Below, one piece after another: positions 10,443-17,634 of a stretch of DNA of 64,000 nt. The notes below the pieces were generated by a model. That model did not search any database and was not told where the DNA came from. It saw only the letters and a program-made list of their open reading frames with translations. Origin of the DNA: a bacterium (GTDB lineage: Bacteria; Patescibacteriota; Patescibacteriia; UBA10025). The DNA is taken from assembly GCA_021815445.1 (NCBI GenBank), contig JAKAGM010000001.1, forward strand, positions 787,710-851,709, in the 5' to 3' direction. Numbering within the stretch: position 1 is the stretch's first letter; every line of letters begins with the position of its first letter. The translations under genes and the position numbers were made by a program.

Positions 10443-11237
10443 ATGAAGTTCCCTCGTCCAATTCGCACACTACGAAACAATGTATCGCCAGAAACTATTG
10501 CAAGTCAATTTCTCTTTCACGAATTCCTAAAAATCTTTCGCGACATCAGGGATCCACTCTTTCGACAGAGAATAAAAAGATCAATCTATCGGTTTAAAAA
10601 ACGCGACGGAGAACGCCACTACTGGCAGTTGGTAGCGGCAATTGCAGAGGGGTTGCGCGTCAAATGGGTGTATCGGTTACTTACCGATACGAGCTATAAA
10701 TGGAATCTCGAGGTGAGTGCGATAAAAAACCTCACAATGACTGGTTTTAGCCCGCTGGCAGTTGATAAAATTATACACCGATGCGGCCGTGATTTTTACC
10801 GATTCGCAGACTACTACCGCGCACATCTTCACTTCTTTAAAAAGTACATGCCGAACTTACAGCCGCGCCCCGAACGCGACATGCACCCCGTTTTCGTATT
10901 TTGGGATTCAGGGCAGAGACGACTGCGACTCTTTGACGGCATGCGACGCACAACGCTTGCCGCAATACACGGCAAAAAAACTATTAAGGCATTCGTCGGC
11001 TATCCCGTTAGAAAAGGCAAGTCCATGGTTAATGACGACAAGATTCACTTTTTCAAACTTTTATACAGAAATTCTTCAAAAGATGCCGCCACATTCAGGG
11101 CATTCACACGCGTGGGTAAAGAGATTGTAAAACAATCCCGCAACAGCGTAGAAGTGTTTACAACGACACTTAAGCCTTGGTCGGATATCCATGAAAAAAA
11201 ACTCACAAAGGCAATTATCGACAAAAGGGGGAGATAA
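10443..11237 (+). CDS. Hypothetical protein with a C-terminal ParB/Srx-like (DGxxR) motif
   Basis: 264 aa, basic. LRLFDGMRRTTLAAIHGKKTIKAFVGYP resembles the ParB N-terminal or DGQHR-type motif. Confidence 0.4.
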   Translation: MKFPRPIRTLRNNVSPETIASQFLFHEFLKIFRDIRDPLFRQRIKRSIYRFKKRDGERHYWQLVAAIAEGLRVKWVYRLLTDTSYKWNLEVSAIKNLTMTGFSPLAVDKIIHRCGRDFYRFADYYRAHLHFFKKYMPNLQPRPERDMHPVFVFWDSGQRRLRLFDGMRRTTLAAIHGKKTIKAFVGYPVRKGKSMVNDDKIHFFKLLYRNSSKDAATFRAFTRVGKEIVKQSRNSVEVFTTTLKPWSDIHEKKLTKAIIDKRGR

Positions 11238-11553
11238 TTTTTACCATCGCATTTACGGAATGGTAAAAGTAATTCCACCGGGTAAAGTCGCTACCTACGG
11301 TCAGATCGCCGCGCTTGCCGGATCTCCCCGCGGCGCCCGGATGGTGGGATGGGCGCTCCATGTACTCAGTGATGAACAACTCGTACATACTCCCTGGCAC
11401 CGCGTTATTAACCGCGAGGGACGGATTAGCACAACCTGTTTCGAACACACCTGCGACGAGCAAGCATTGCTTCTTAAAAAAGAGGGTGTTATAGTACGAA
11501 AAAGCAAAGGTAACTACTGGATTGACTTAAAACAGTTTCAGTGGAAAGTGTAG
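11191..11553 (+). CDS. Alkyltransferase-like protein (ATL; MGMT/Ogt DNA-binding domain with Trp replacing the active-site Cys)
   Basis: VATYGQIAALAGSPRGARMVGWALH...PWHRVINREG. PWHRV replaces the PCHRV motif of O6-alkylguanine-DNA alkyltransferases. The start is uncertain and could be the downstream MVKV. Confidence 0.7.
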   Translation: MKKNSQRQLSTKGGDNFYHRIYGMVKVIPPGKVATYGQIAALAGSPRGARMVGWALHVLSDEQLVHTPWHRVINREGRISTTCFEHTCDEQALLLKKEGVIVRKSKGNYWIDLKQFQWKV

Positions 11554-11567
11554 ATATAAGAATGCGG

Positions 11568-11638
11568 GCGGGTATCGTATAATGGTAATACCACAGCTTT
11601 CCAAGCTGTTGCCGGGGGTTCGATTCCCCCTACCCGCT
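11568..11638 (+). tRNA. tRNA-Gly(UCC), no encoded CCA
   Basis: Cloverleaf: acceptor GCGGGTA/TACCCGC, D-stem GTAT/ATAC, anticodon stem ACAGC/GCTGT with loop TTTCCAA, T-arm GGGGG-TTCGATT-CCCCC. Confidence 0.85.
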
Positions 11639-11792
11639 AATCAGCCTTACCAATAACTTTATAATATTCCCTGCCCACAGATCCCTTCAGACCAAGATGT
11701 TGGGGAAATCGAAGGACAGAAGTGAGCAAGGAATGAAATGACGAAGCGAACGTCGGCGGGGTGCCGGTGGCACGCCGCCGCTGTCCAGGACC

Positions 11793-11810
11793 CGATTCCC
11801 CCTACCCGCT
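11793..11810 (+). repeat. Direct repeat of the tRNA-Gly(UCC) 3' end (18 nt, cgattccccctacccgct)
   Basis: Exact copy of tRNA nt 11621..11638, about 170 nt downstream. A third partial copy (ccctacccgct) is at 12053..12063. Confidence 0.6.
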
Positions 11811-12233
11811 TTGTGGATCCAAATAATTCTACTGTTTCTTTAGTTGCGAGAGTACTAGCCGAAGATAGAGAATCGAAGGGGTGCGAACGGGGCAGAGCGA
11901 CTCAACTGCTTGAGTCGCGGCCGTGAGCACGGGTCGATCATGTTCTGAAGGAACGCGAGACCCAGGGAGAGTATGCATATACCACGCTGCCCAGGAAACG
12001 ATTCTTGAGTTCGATAAAATCTAACGGAACGAGACCCCGTTGAATAGCGGGACCCTACCCGCTCAGCGAATTTGCTCGCTGAGCGAGGCTCGCTACAAGC
12101 GTTAATTAATTCTACTCTCTTGAATATGTGCCCGAAAGAAATGGCATCTGTTTTGTTGGTATTTGGTTAAGTTTGAAATACATCCTTCGACTGACAATTT
12201 ATTAAATTTATCTGAATTATTTGTGAATATTAA

Positions 12234-12262
12234 TTGACAAAAAGCTGTTTTTTTGCTATACT
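12234..12262 (+). promoter_or_regulatory. Consensus sigma70 promoter of paralog A
   Basis: TTGACA, a 17-nt spacer, then TATACT. It is followed by a 26-nt A/T-rich leader with no SD. Confidence 0.6.
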
Positions 12263-12288
12263 GCATACATAATAAATAAATAAAAACT

Positions 12289-13767
12289 ATGTCCGACAAT
12301 ACTATCCAACAATGGCTTGCCCAAGCTCGAGCGGCCGGTTTTTCTGATGTGCAAATTACTGCACAGCTGAAACAGCAAGGCTGGGGCGATGATCAAATTC
12401 AAAAACTGGTTGGCGGCGCAACGTCACCTTCGGTAGCAACAGTTACCGATAGGAATCAAGTCGTTCCCTCTGATACTATTCCAGATGTACTGGCGTTATT
12501 TAAGCAAGCATGGGAAATATACAAATCCCGTATCGGAGCATTTGTTGTTATCGGCCTTATTTTTCTTTTCATAGAGGGACTATTGTACTTTGTGAGCTTC
12601 TTACTTGTCGGCGGAACTGCCGTGCTTGGCATCGCTTCATCCGCTACAGTATTTAAGGGCAACACGACTGCACAAATAGCCACCAGCGTTCTTGCTATCA
12701 GTTTCGCTTCCGTAGCTGTTACGGTAATTTTCGGTTTTTTCCTCGCTTGGGTGTGGTCAGCGTTGATCCATACAATTCACACATACAAAGAAAAGATTGA
12801 CCTCGGCACGATAATGTCCCGGGCGTTTAAGACGATGATTCCGCTTTGGTGGGTTTCAATGCTGTTGAGCTTTTTTGTCTCAGGTGCGAGTTTTCTGCTT
12901 TTTATTCCCGGCATCATTTTTGCCGTTTGGTTTTCAAATGCGCTTTTCTTGCCCGTCACTGAAGGTACGCGCGGCATGCAGTCACTGCTGAGAAGCAAAG
13001 AATATGTTCGAGGCGCTTGGTGGGGAGTGCTGGGCCGCCAGCTCGCCTTTGGATTGCTGGTCGGTGCGGCTTTCTTCGGCTTATTCCTCGTTTTAGGCCT
13101 GGGGACGATTTTTCTCCGTAATACTGCCGGAGCTATCGGGGCCATGGCGTCCATAGCGGTAACATTTGTCTACCTTGCAATTACTGCGCTCGTCATGCCT
13201 TTCGGACTTTGCTATTCATATGCTCTTTACAGCGGTTTAAGGGCATATAAAGCACGGGCTGCTATCGATACACAGCAAACAAAGAAAGCCGGGCTGATTA
13301 TCACAGCAATTGCGGGATGGCTGGTCATTCCTTTAATAGGAATTGGAATTGTTGCGTTTGTTACCAGCATGACTAACTCATTCCTGCCTGCATCGACTGG
13401 ATCAAATAATCTTTTTAACTCAAACAGCTCATACAACTTCAATACCAATAGTTTGAATAATACAAACAACAGTACAACGAGCGCAGGAAACAATGACCAA
13501 AGAAAAGCTGACCTCAATACCATTTCTGCCGCACTGGTGAAGTATTTCAATCAGCATTCCGCATATCCCACGGCCCTAACAGATATTGCGACATTGCTTC
13601 CAAACAGCAAGGTGCCCGCCGATCCATCTGATAATACGAGTTATTATTACTACATGAATTCCGACGGGACATTCGATCTCTGCGCGCTGCTAGATGATCC
13701 AACGACATACGTCAAGGAATACTGTATAAAGGGTGCCGCTGATGGAACGATCGCCATTCAACAGTAG
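12289..13767 (+). CDS. Multi-TM membrane protein, paralog A. It has a conserved N-terminal cytoplasmic domain and a C-terminal type IV pilin-like domain.
   Basis: N-terminus MSDNTIQQWLAQARAAGFSDVQITAQLKQQGWGDDQI is shared with the ORF at 14814..15602. About 8 TM helices follow. The C-terminus QRKADLNTISAALVKYFNQHSAYPTALTDI...VPADPSDNTSYYYY...DLCALLDD fits the pilin/pseudopilin globular-domain pattern. Confidence 0.7.
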   Translation: MSDNTIQQWLAQARAAGFSDVQITAQLKQQGWGDDQIQKLVGGATSPSVATVTDRNQVVPSDTIPDVLALFKQAWEIYKSRIGAFVVIGLIFLFIEGLLYFVSFLLVGGTAVLGIASSATVFKGNTTAQIATSVLAISFASVAVTVIFGFFLAWVWSALIHTIHTYKEKIDLGTIMSRAFKTMIPLWWVSMLLSFFVSGASFLLFIPGIIFAVWFSNALFLPVTEGTRGMQSLLRSKEYVRGAWWGVLGRQLAFGLLVGAAFFGLFLVLGLGTIFLRNTAGAIGAMASIAVTFVYLAITALVMPFGLCYSYALYSGLRAYKARAAIDTQQTKKAGLIITAIAGWLVIPLIGIGIVAFVTSMTNSFLPASTGSNNLFNSNSSYNFNTNSLNNTNNSTTSAGNNDQRKADLNTISAALVKYFNQHSAYPTALTDIATLLPNSKVPADPSDNTSYYYYMNSDGTFDLCALLDDPTTYVKEYCIKGAADGTIAIQQ

Positions 13768-13801
13768 TGCGTAACATAGACACAGGATTCATCATAGGAT
13801 C

Positions 13802-13834
13802 AAAAAACCGCTGGACTACTCCAGCAGTTTTTTT
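13802..13834. terminator. Bidirectional rho-independent terminator
   Basis: An A6 run, the hairpin GCTGGA-ctac-TCCAGC, then a T7 run, between the convergent gene ends at 13767 and 13842. Confidence 0.55.
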
Positions 13835-13841
13835 ATAGTAG

Positions 13842-14081
13842 TTACTTCTGCATTCCTGACGGAGGCTGGCTCTGCGCTCCGGGTATCTGACCCGCCCCGC
13901 CGTGCATCCTTCCGCCCCGCATCAACATCCTGAGCCCCACGAGAATCACCAAAACCGGAAACAGCCACTTCGCTATACCTCCGTGGAGGATTCCGTAATT
14001 ATTGAGCAGCCACAATACCCCGAGAATGACCACTAGGAGTCCAAGAAACATTTTTCCGCCTCTTTGCTCTCTCATCATCAT
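13842..14081 (-). CDS. Small membrane protein (2 TM, Gly/Arg-rich tail), hypothetical
   Basis: MMMREQRGGKMFLGLLVVILGVLWLL..., preceded by a strong RBS (AAAGGAGGTGA, 6 nt, ATG). The ORF track's longer start lacks an RBS. Confidence 0.55.
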   Translation of the reverse strand: MMMREQRGGKMFLGLLVVILGVLWLLNNYGILHGGIAKWLFPVLVILVGLRMLMRGGRMHGGAGQIPGAQSQPPSGMQK

Positions 14082-14157
14082 CGAAATCACCTCCTTTCGT
14101 AGGTAACTGTACCGCCGATAGGTTTTTTCGACAAGAAACGTGTTGCAGGAGCCGCTC

Positions 14158-14186
14158 TTGACATATTTTCCCGTTGTGATAAGATG
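14158..14186 (+). promoter_or_regulatory. Candidate promoter for the 3D-domain gene
   Basis: TTGACA, a 16-17 nt spacer, then TAAGAT. A hairpin plus T5 (14205..14245) lies in the leader. Confidence 0.35.
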
Positions 14187-14259
14187 CTCGGTCAACCTCC
14201 CAAACCCCAATAAATAGGGAGGTTTTTGAATAGGACAATATCTTCACATCCTCACCCAA

Positions 14260-14751
14260 ATGACTACAAATCGGCGCACAAGACGAAAAATAGCATACAT
14301 GCTCAAGATCGTGTCTGTCATCGTTGTCTGGGAGTTTGCCTTCCCGGGACACGCAGTAGCCTATGAGCAACCCGCCGTTATCGCGCCCGCAGAAACGAAG
14401 TCTGCCGAGGTAACGCATACCAATAGATTGCCTCACAGTCCGGATAAGCCCCGGGAAGTCGCTCGACGCGTGACTCGTATCACTATCACAGCGTATTCTT
14501 CGACCCGCGACCAGACAGATAGTGACCCGTTCACTACAGCTTCCGGAACTAAAGTTCGTGACGGAGTCATTGCCGCGAATTTCCTCCCGATTGGAACACG
14601 TGTTCGCATCCCGGAATATTTCGGCGACAAAGTGTTCGTCGTCGAAGACCGCATGAGCGCACGTCACTGGAATATGGCGGATATCTGGATGAGCTCACGC
14701 AATCAGGCAAAACAATGGGGTGCAAGGTATACAAAATTAGAAATACTTTAA
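14260..14751 (+). CDS. 3D-domain protein (MltA/YuiC-like cell-wall-binding or cleaving domain) with an N-terminal signal/anchor
   Basis: ITAYSSTRDQTDSDPFTTASGTKVRDGVIAAN...GTRVRIPEYFGDKVFVVEDRM is the aspartate-rich 3D signature. The N-terminus has an RR-containing n-region followed by a hydrophobic stretch. Confidence 0.7.
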   Translation: MTTNRRTRRKIAYMLKIVSVIVVWEFAFPGHAVAYEQPAVIAPAETKSAEVTHTNRLPHSPDKPREVARRVTRITITAYSSTRDQTDSDPFTTASGTKVRDGVIAANFLPIGTRVRIPEYFGDKVFVVEDRMSARHWNMADIWMSSRNQAKQWGARYTKLEIL

Positions 14752-14760
14752 TTCATCAAT

Positions 14761-14790
14761 AAAGGGCCCCGAGAATACCGGGGCTCTTTT
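14761..14790. terminator. Bidirectional rho-independent terminator
   Basis: GGGCCCCG-agaatac-CGGGGCTC followed by TTTT and preceded by an A-rich tract, between convergent gene ends. Confidence 0.55.
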
Positions 14791-14813
14791 GCATTGTAGA
14801 GAGATTACTGTCC

Positions 14814-15602
14814 TTAGTAATTCCTTACGGAGGAGATTGAGACGATTATCGCGAAGATAACTACCAAAACACCAAGCGCCTGTAATGCAAGAAAAACAAT
14901 TGCCCACGGCACCCATTTCTTTTGAGACTCTTTAAATTTTTCCACACTCGGCCACTGCTTTGCCTGCCACGCCCATTCGTTGCCTTTGATCCCAAGCACG
15001 ATCCACCAGAAGATGTTCACGATCGGGACCATAGTGAGCAGAGAGATCCACACATTATAGTATATTCCCCAAATCCATGTGAGCATAGATGCTCCCCAAT
15101 TCCATCCGCTGATTTCACTCGGCAACACCGACAAACTGCCTTTCCCGGATCGTTCATCATAACCTTCTGTAATGACGGGACTTTTTTGCACCAAAAAAAT
15201 TATGCCAAGTGGTACAAAAACAAAAATACCCAGGACTGCCAGTAGCCCAATTAAACCGAGAAGCCATTGAATAATATTTATCGTTGAATTTGAAATGTCG
15301 GCTTGCTGGGCTAAAAAAATAACCACTGCCCAAGCGATCAGAGTAAGGACAAGGACAGCAAATGGAAGACAAATAAATAAAATGCCCAATCTTTTGTGCT
15401 TTGATGCAACCGCATATGTAGCGCCTGTGCCCGACATCGGCTGACTGCCGCCCGGAGCAGGTCTCAGGGAAGAATAACCAGTAAGCTGAAATATCTGTCC
15501 ATCGTCCCAGCCCTGTTGTTTGAGCTGGGCGGCAATTTGTACATCAGGAAGACCGGCTGCTCGAGCCTGGGCTAGCCATTGTTGGATAGTATTTTCGGAC
15601 AT
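14814..15602 (-). CDS. Multi-TM membrane protein, paralog B, sharing its N-terminal domain with paralog A
   Basis: N-terminus MSENTIQQWLAQARAAGLPDVQIAAQLKQQGWDDGQI, followed by about 6 TM helices. Confidence 0.7.
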   Translation of the reverse strand: MSENTIQQWLAQARAAGLPDVQIAAQLKQQGWDDGQIFQLTGYSSLRPAPGGSQPMSGTGATYAVASKHKRLGILFICLPFAVLVLTLIAWAVVIFLAQQADISNSTINIIQWLLGLIGLLAVLGIFVFVPLGIIFLVQKSPVITEGYDERSGKGSLSVLPSEISGWNWGASMLTWIWGIYYNVWISLLTMVPIVNIFWWIVLGIKGNEWAWQAKQWPSVEKFKESQKKWVPWAIVFLALQALGVLVVIFAIIVSISSVRNY

Positions 15603-15626
15603 AGTTTTATTTGGTTATTATACGTT

Positions 15627-15656
15627 TAGTATAGCAAAAAAAATTGACTTTTGTCG
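15627..15656 (-). promoter_or_regulatory. Sigma70 promoter of paralog B, homologous to the paralog A promoter and leader
   Basis: Minus sense: TCGACA, an 18-nt spacer, then TATACT. The leader ...ATAATAACCAAATAAAACTATGTCC aligns with the paralog A leader. Confidence 0.5.
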
Positions 15657-15755
15657 ATGCACCCACAAACTACATTTGAAGATTTTGCTTTTTGTAAAAC
15701 AAAAAGACGAGTTATGAACTCGCTCTTGTCGGTACGTGTTACCCGTCGCTATAAA

Positions 15756-16160
15756 TTAATGACTTAGAATCAGCTTGAGCCCCAAGGATTTCAATACTTT
15801 TCTAGCCCCAGGCAGTTTCTCCTTTTTCACCATCACATAATCCTTTGAGTATGTTGATATGATAAGAATGTTCGTCCCCTTTTCTGCAAGAGCCTTACTT
15901 ATCGCTGCCAGGAAACCCACTGAATAAAAAGGGATTGAAACATTAAGCGCAATCAAAGCGTAGACGTCCCTGTTCTTCTCAATGAGACTCAAACCTTGAA
16001 AATTCTGCGTCACAACAGTAATTTCGTCTTGGTCGATGCTCAGCATAAAGAAATCATGTTTCTTGGGCACAGACTTAACCTTTGCATAAACAAAGTCCCC
16101 ATTCACTACATTGAATGTGCTCTCCTGAATAATTTTCTTAAGGTCTTTGTCCTGTTCCAT
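15756..16160 (-). CDS. ACT-domain-containing protein (ACT_7-like), hypothetical
   Basis: 134 aa from MEQDKDLKK. Beta-alpha-beta-beta-alpha-beta-like pattern. The ORF track's longer start (16220) runs into hairpin sequence. Confidence 0.45.
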   Translation of the reverse strand: MEQDKDLKKIIQESTFNVVNGDFVYAKVKSVPKKHDFFMLSIDQDEITVVTQNFQGLSLIEKNRDVYALIALNVSIPFYSVGFLAAISKALAEKGTNILIISTYSKDYVMVKKEKLPGARKVLKSLGLKLILSH

Positions 16161-16277
16161 ATTGATCGTGGTGGGCCAGGTGGGAGTCGTCCGGTCATTC
16201 GACCGGACGCCCCGTCGCATGACGGGGCGAACCCATAATACTCACACCTGTTGTGCCGAACCAATGATTTACCTTTT

Positions 16278-16361
16278 TGCCGCCGGTCGGACTCGAACCG
16301 ACAAGGCCTTGCGACCGAGGGATTTTAAGTCCCTTGTGTATACCAATTCCACCACGGCGGC
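16278..16361 (-). tRNA. tRNA-Leu(UAA), long variable arm, no encoded CCA
   Basis: Revcomp GCCGCCGTGGTGGAATTGGTATACACAAGGGACTTAAAATCCCTCGGTCGCAAGGCCTTGTCGGTTCGAGTCCGACCGGCGGCA. Anticodon loop CTTAAAA. Confidence 0.85.
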
Positions 16362-16369
16362 ATCTGTAT

Positions 16370-17461
16370 CTATAGTTTTCTCACACTACCACCCGTTCCG
16401 TCAACTTCGACGGTATCACCATCATGAAGTATCGAGGTCGCATCTTTTGTATTCACTACACAGGGTATTTTGAGCTCGCGGGCCATGATTGCAGGATGCG
16501 AGGTAAGACCTCCGAAGTCAGTAATGATAGCAGCAACTTTCCCAAAAATAGGTAAAAACTCGGGGGTGGTGATATGCGCGATAAGCACGTCGCCCTGCCG
16601 AACTTTAGGAAAGTCGTCTGAAGATTTGACAACGACGGCGCGACCATGGGCAATTCCTTGAGACGCACCAAGACCTTTCAGAATAGCATCGGGAGAACTC
16701 GTCGGCCGGGTTGATGTTTCAAGCTTCTGGGCTAAGTTATTCATCAAGCGCGAGGTGGTAAAGTCGATAAACCGGTATCCCACTCCGCCGGTGTAAAAGA
16801 TAAATTCAAAGTAGCCTTTGACGAAACCTGCATCGTTGACGGAGAAAGGCAGTTTGCGTCCTTTGGCGTCGAGGAAGCGCACGGCGGCGTAGATAATCCG
16901 TTGATCTGCATTCAGGGCGGAGGAAGCGGGAAAAGCTTTGAGATCAACTTGCTCAGCATGTAAGGCATTCTTTGGGTCAGAAGTACCTTGAGTCAGCGCT
17001 GACGGTTCACCGCGCTTCCATTCTACATACACGCTGGTATCGGTAATGAGAAAAATACCGCTATACTCGGCTCGGTGGTTTTCCCAAATACTGAGCTTGT
17101 ACATCTGAGGAGAAGGCGTGAGCGAACGGGTGAATTCAATACATTCCTGTTGCGATACGCCGTGCTTGCGGACACGGTGCAGGGTTTTAGCATGCTCATC
17201 TTTCGGCTCAGCTTTGATGGAAAAACGGTCGGACTTCGCAGCCGCAAAAAAGTCCTTGAACTTTTTTGTCTGATTCAAAATATCGTCGGCAGAGAAATGC
17301 GTGTGTTCATCGATAGGCAAACCGAGAACATCGCGCAACGTATGGAGACGTGGCCACTTGTTGAGATCCTGGTCTATAAGGTCCTGAATGTCGTCAGGCG
17401 ATACTTTTGGATTAGCGGCACGCAAGCCTTGCAGCCACTCGGTCATGGAAAATGTTTTCAT
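16370..17461 (-). CDS. PEP-utilizing enzyme mobile (phosphohistidine) domain protein with an unknown N-terminal domain
   Basis: C-terminus FGGLTSHPAIMARELKIPCVV matches the PEP-utilizers signature (GGxTSHAAIxARExGIP). The N-terminal 260 aa have no recognisable ATP-grasp or PEP-binding domain. Confidence 0.65.
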   Translation of the reverse strand: MKTFSMTEWLQGLRAANPKVSPDDIQDLIDQDLNKWPRLHTLRDVLGLPIDEHTHFSADDILNQTKKFKDFFAAAKSDRFSIKAEPKDEHAKTLHRVRKHGVSQQECIEFTRSLTPSPQMYKLSIWENHRAEYSGIFLITDTSVYVEWKRGEPSALTQGTSDPKNALHAEQVDLKAFPASSALNADQRIIYAAVRFLDAKGRKLPFSVNDAGFVKGYFEFIFYTGGVGYRFIDFTTSRLMNNLAQKLETSTRPTSSPDAILKGLGASQGIAHGRAVVVKSSDDFPKVRQGDVLIAHITTPEFLPIFGKVAAIITDFGGLTSHPAIMARELKIPCVVNTKDATSILHDGDTVEVDGTGGSVRKL

Positions 17462-17540
17462 ATGTTACTACTATACCATTTTAAACGCAACCGTATCCAC
17501 TACTGGTACGGGTATGGAAATTGTGTATTGGAGTTGGGGG

Positions 17541-17570
17541 GACGGGATTTCCCTTCGGGCCGGGGCTCAC
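17541..17570 (+). repeat. GC-rich repeat, copy a (gacgggatttcccttcgggccggggctcac), related to the tRNA-Gly(GCC) 3' end
   Basis: Same family as 18685..18713 and 19268..19296. It shares its 5' core with the reverse complement of the tRNA-Gly(GCC) 3' end. Confidence 0.6.
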
Positions 17571-17634
17571 AATCGCATATATACAGCATAAAAAAACCTC
17601 AAACTTACGTCTGGTGTGTAGTAAAAAATGTTAC

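Noticed and set aside
11640-12288. tmRNA candidate downstream of tRNA-Gly(UCC), prompted by tRNA-like 3'-end copies
   Set aside because: The repeat copies lack the complementary T-stem 5' strand, and no ANDENYALAA-like tag ORF ending in a stop was seen. Interpreted as att-like direct repeats instead.
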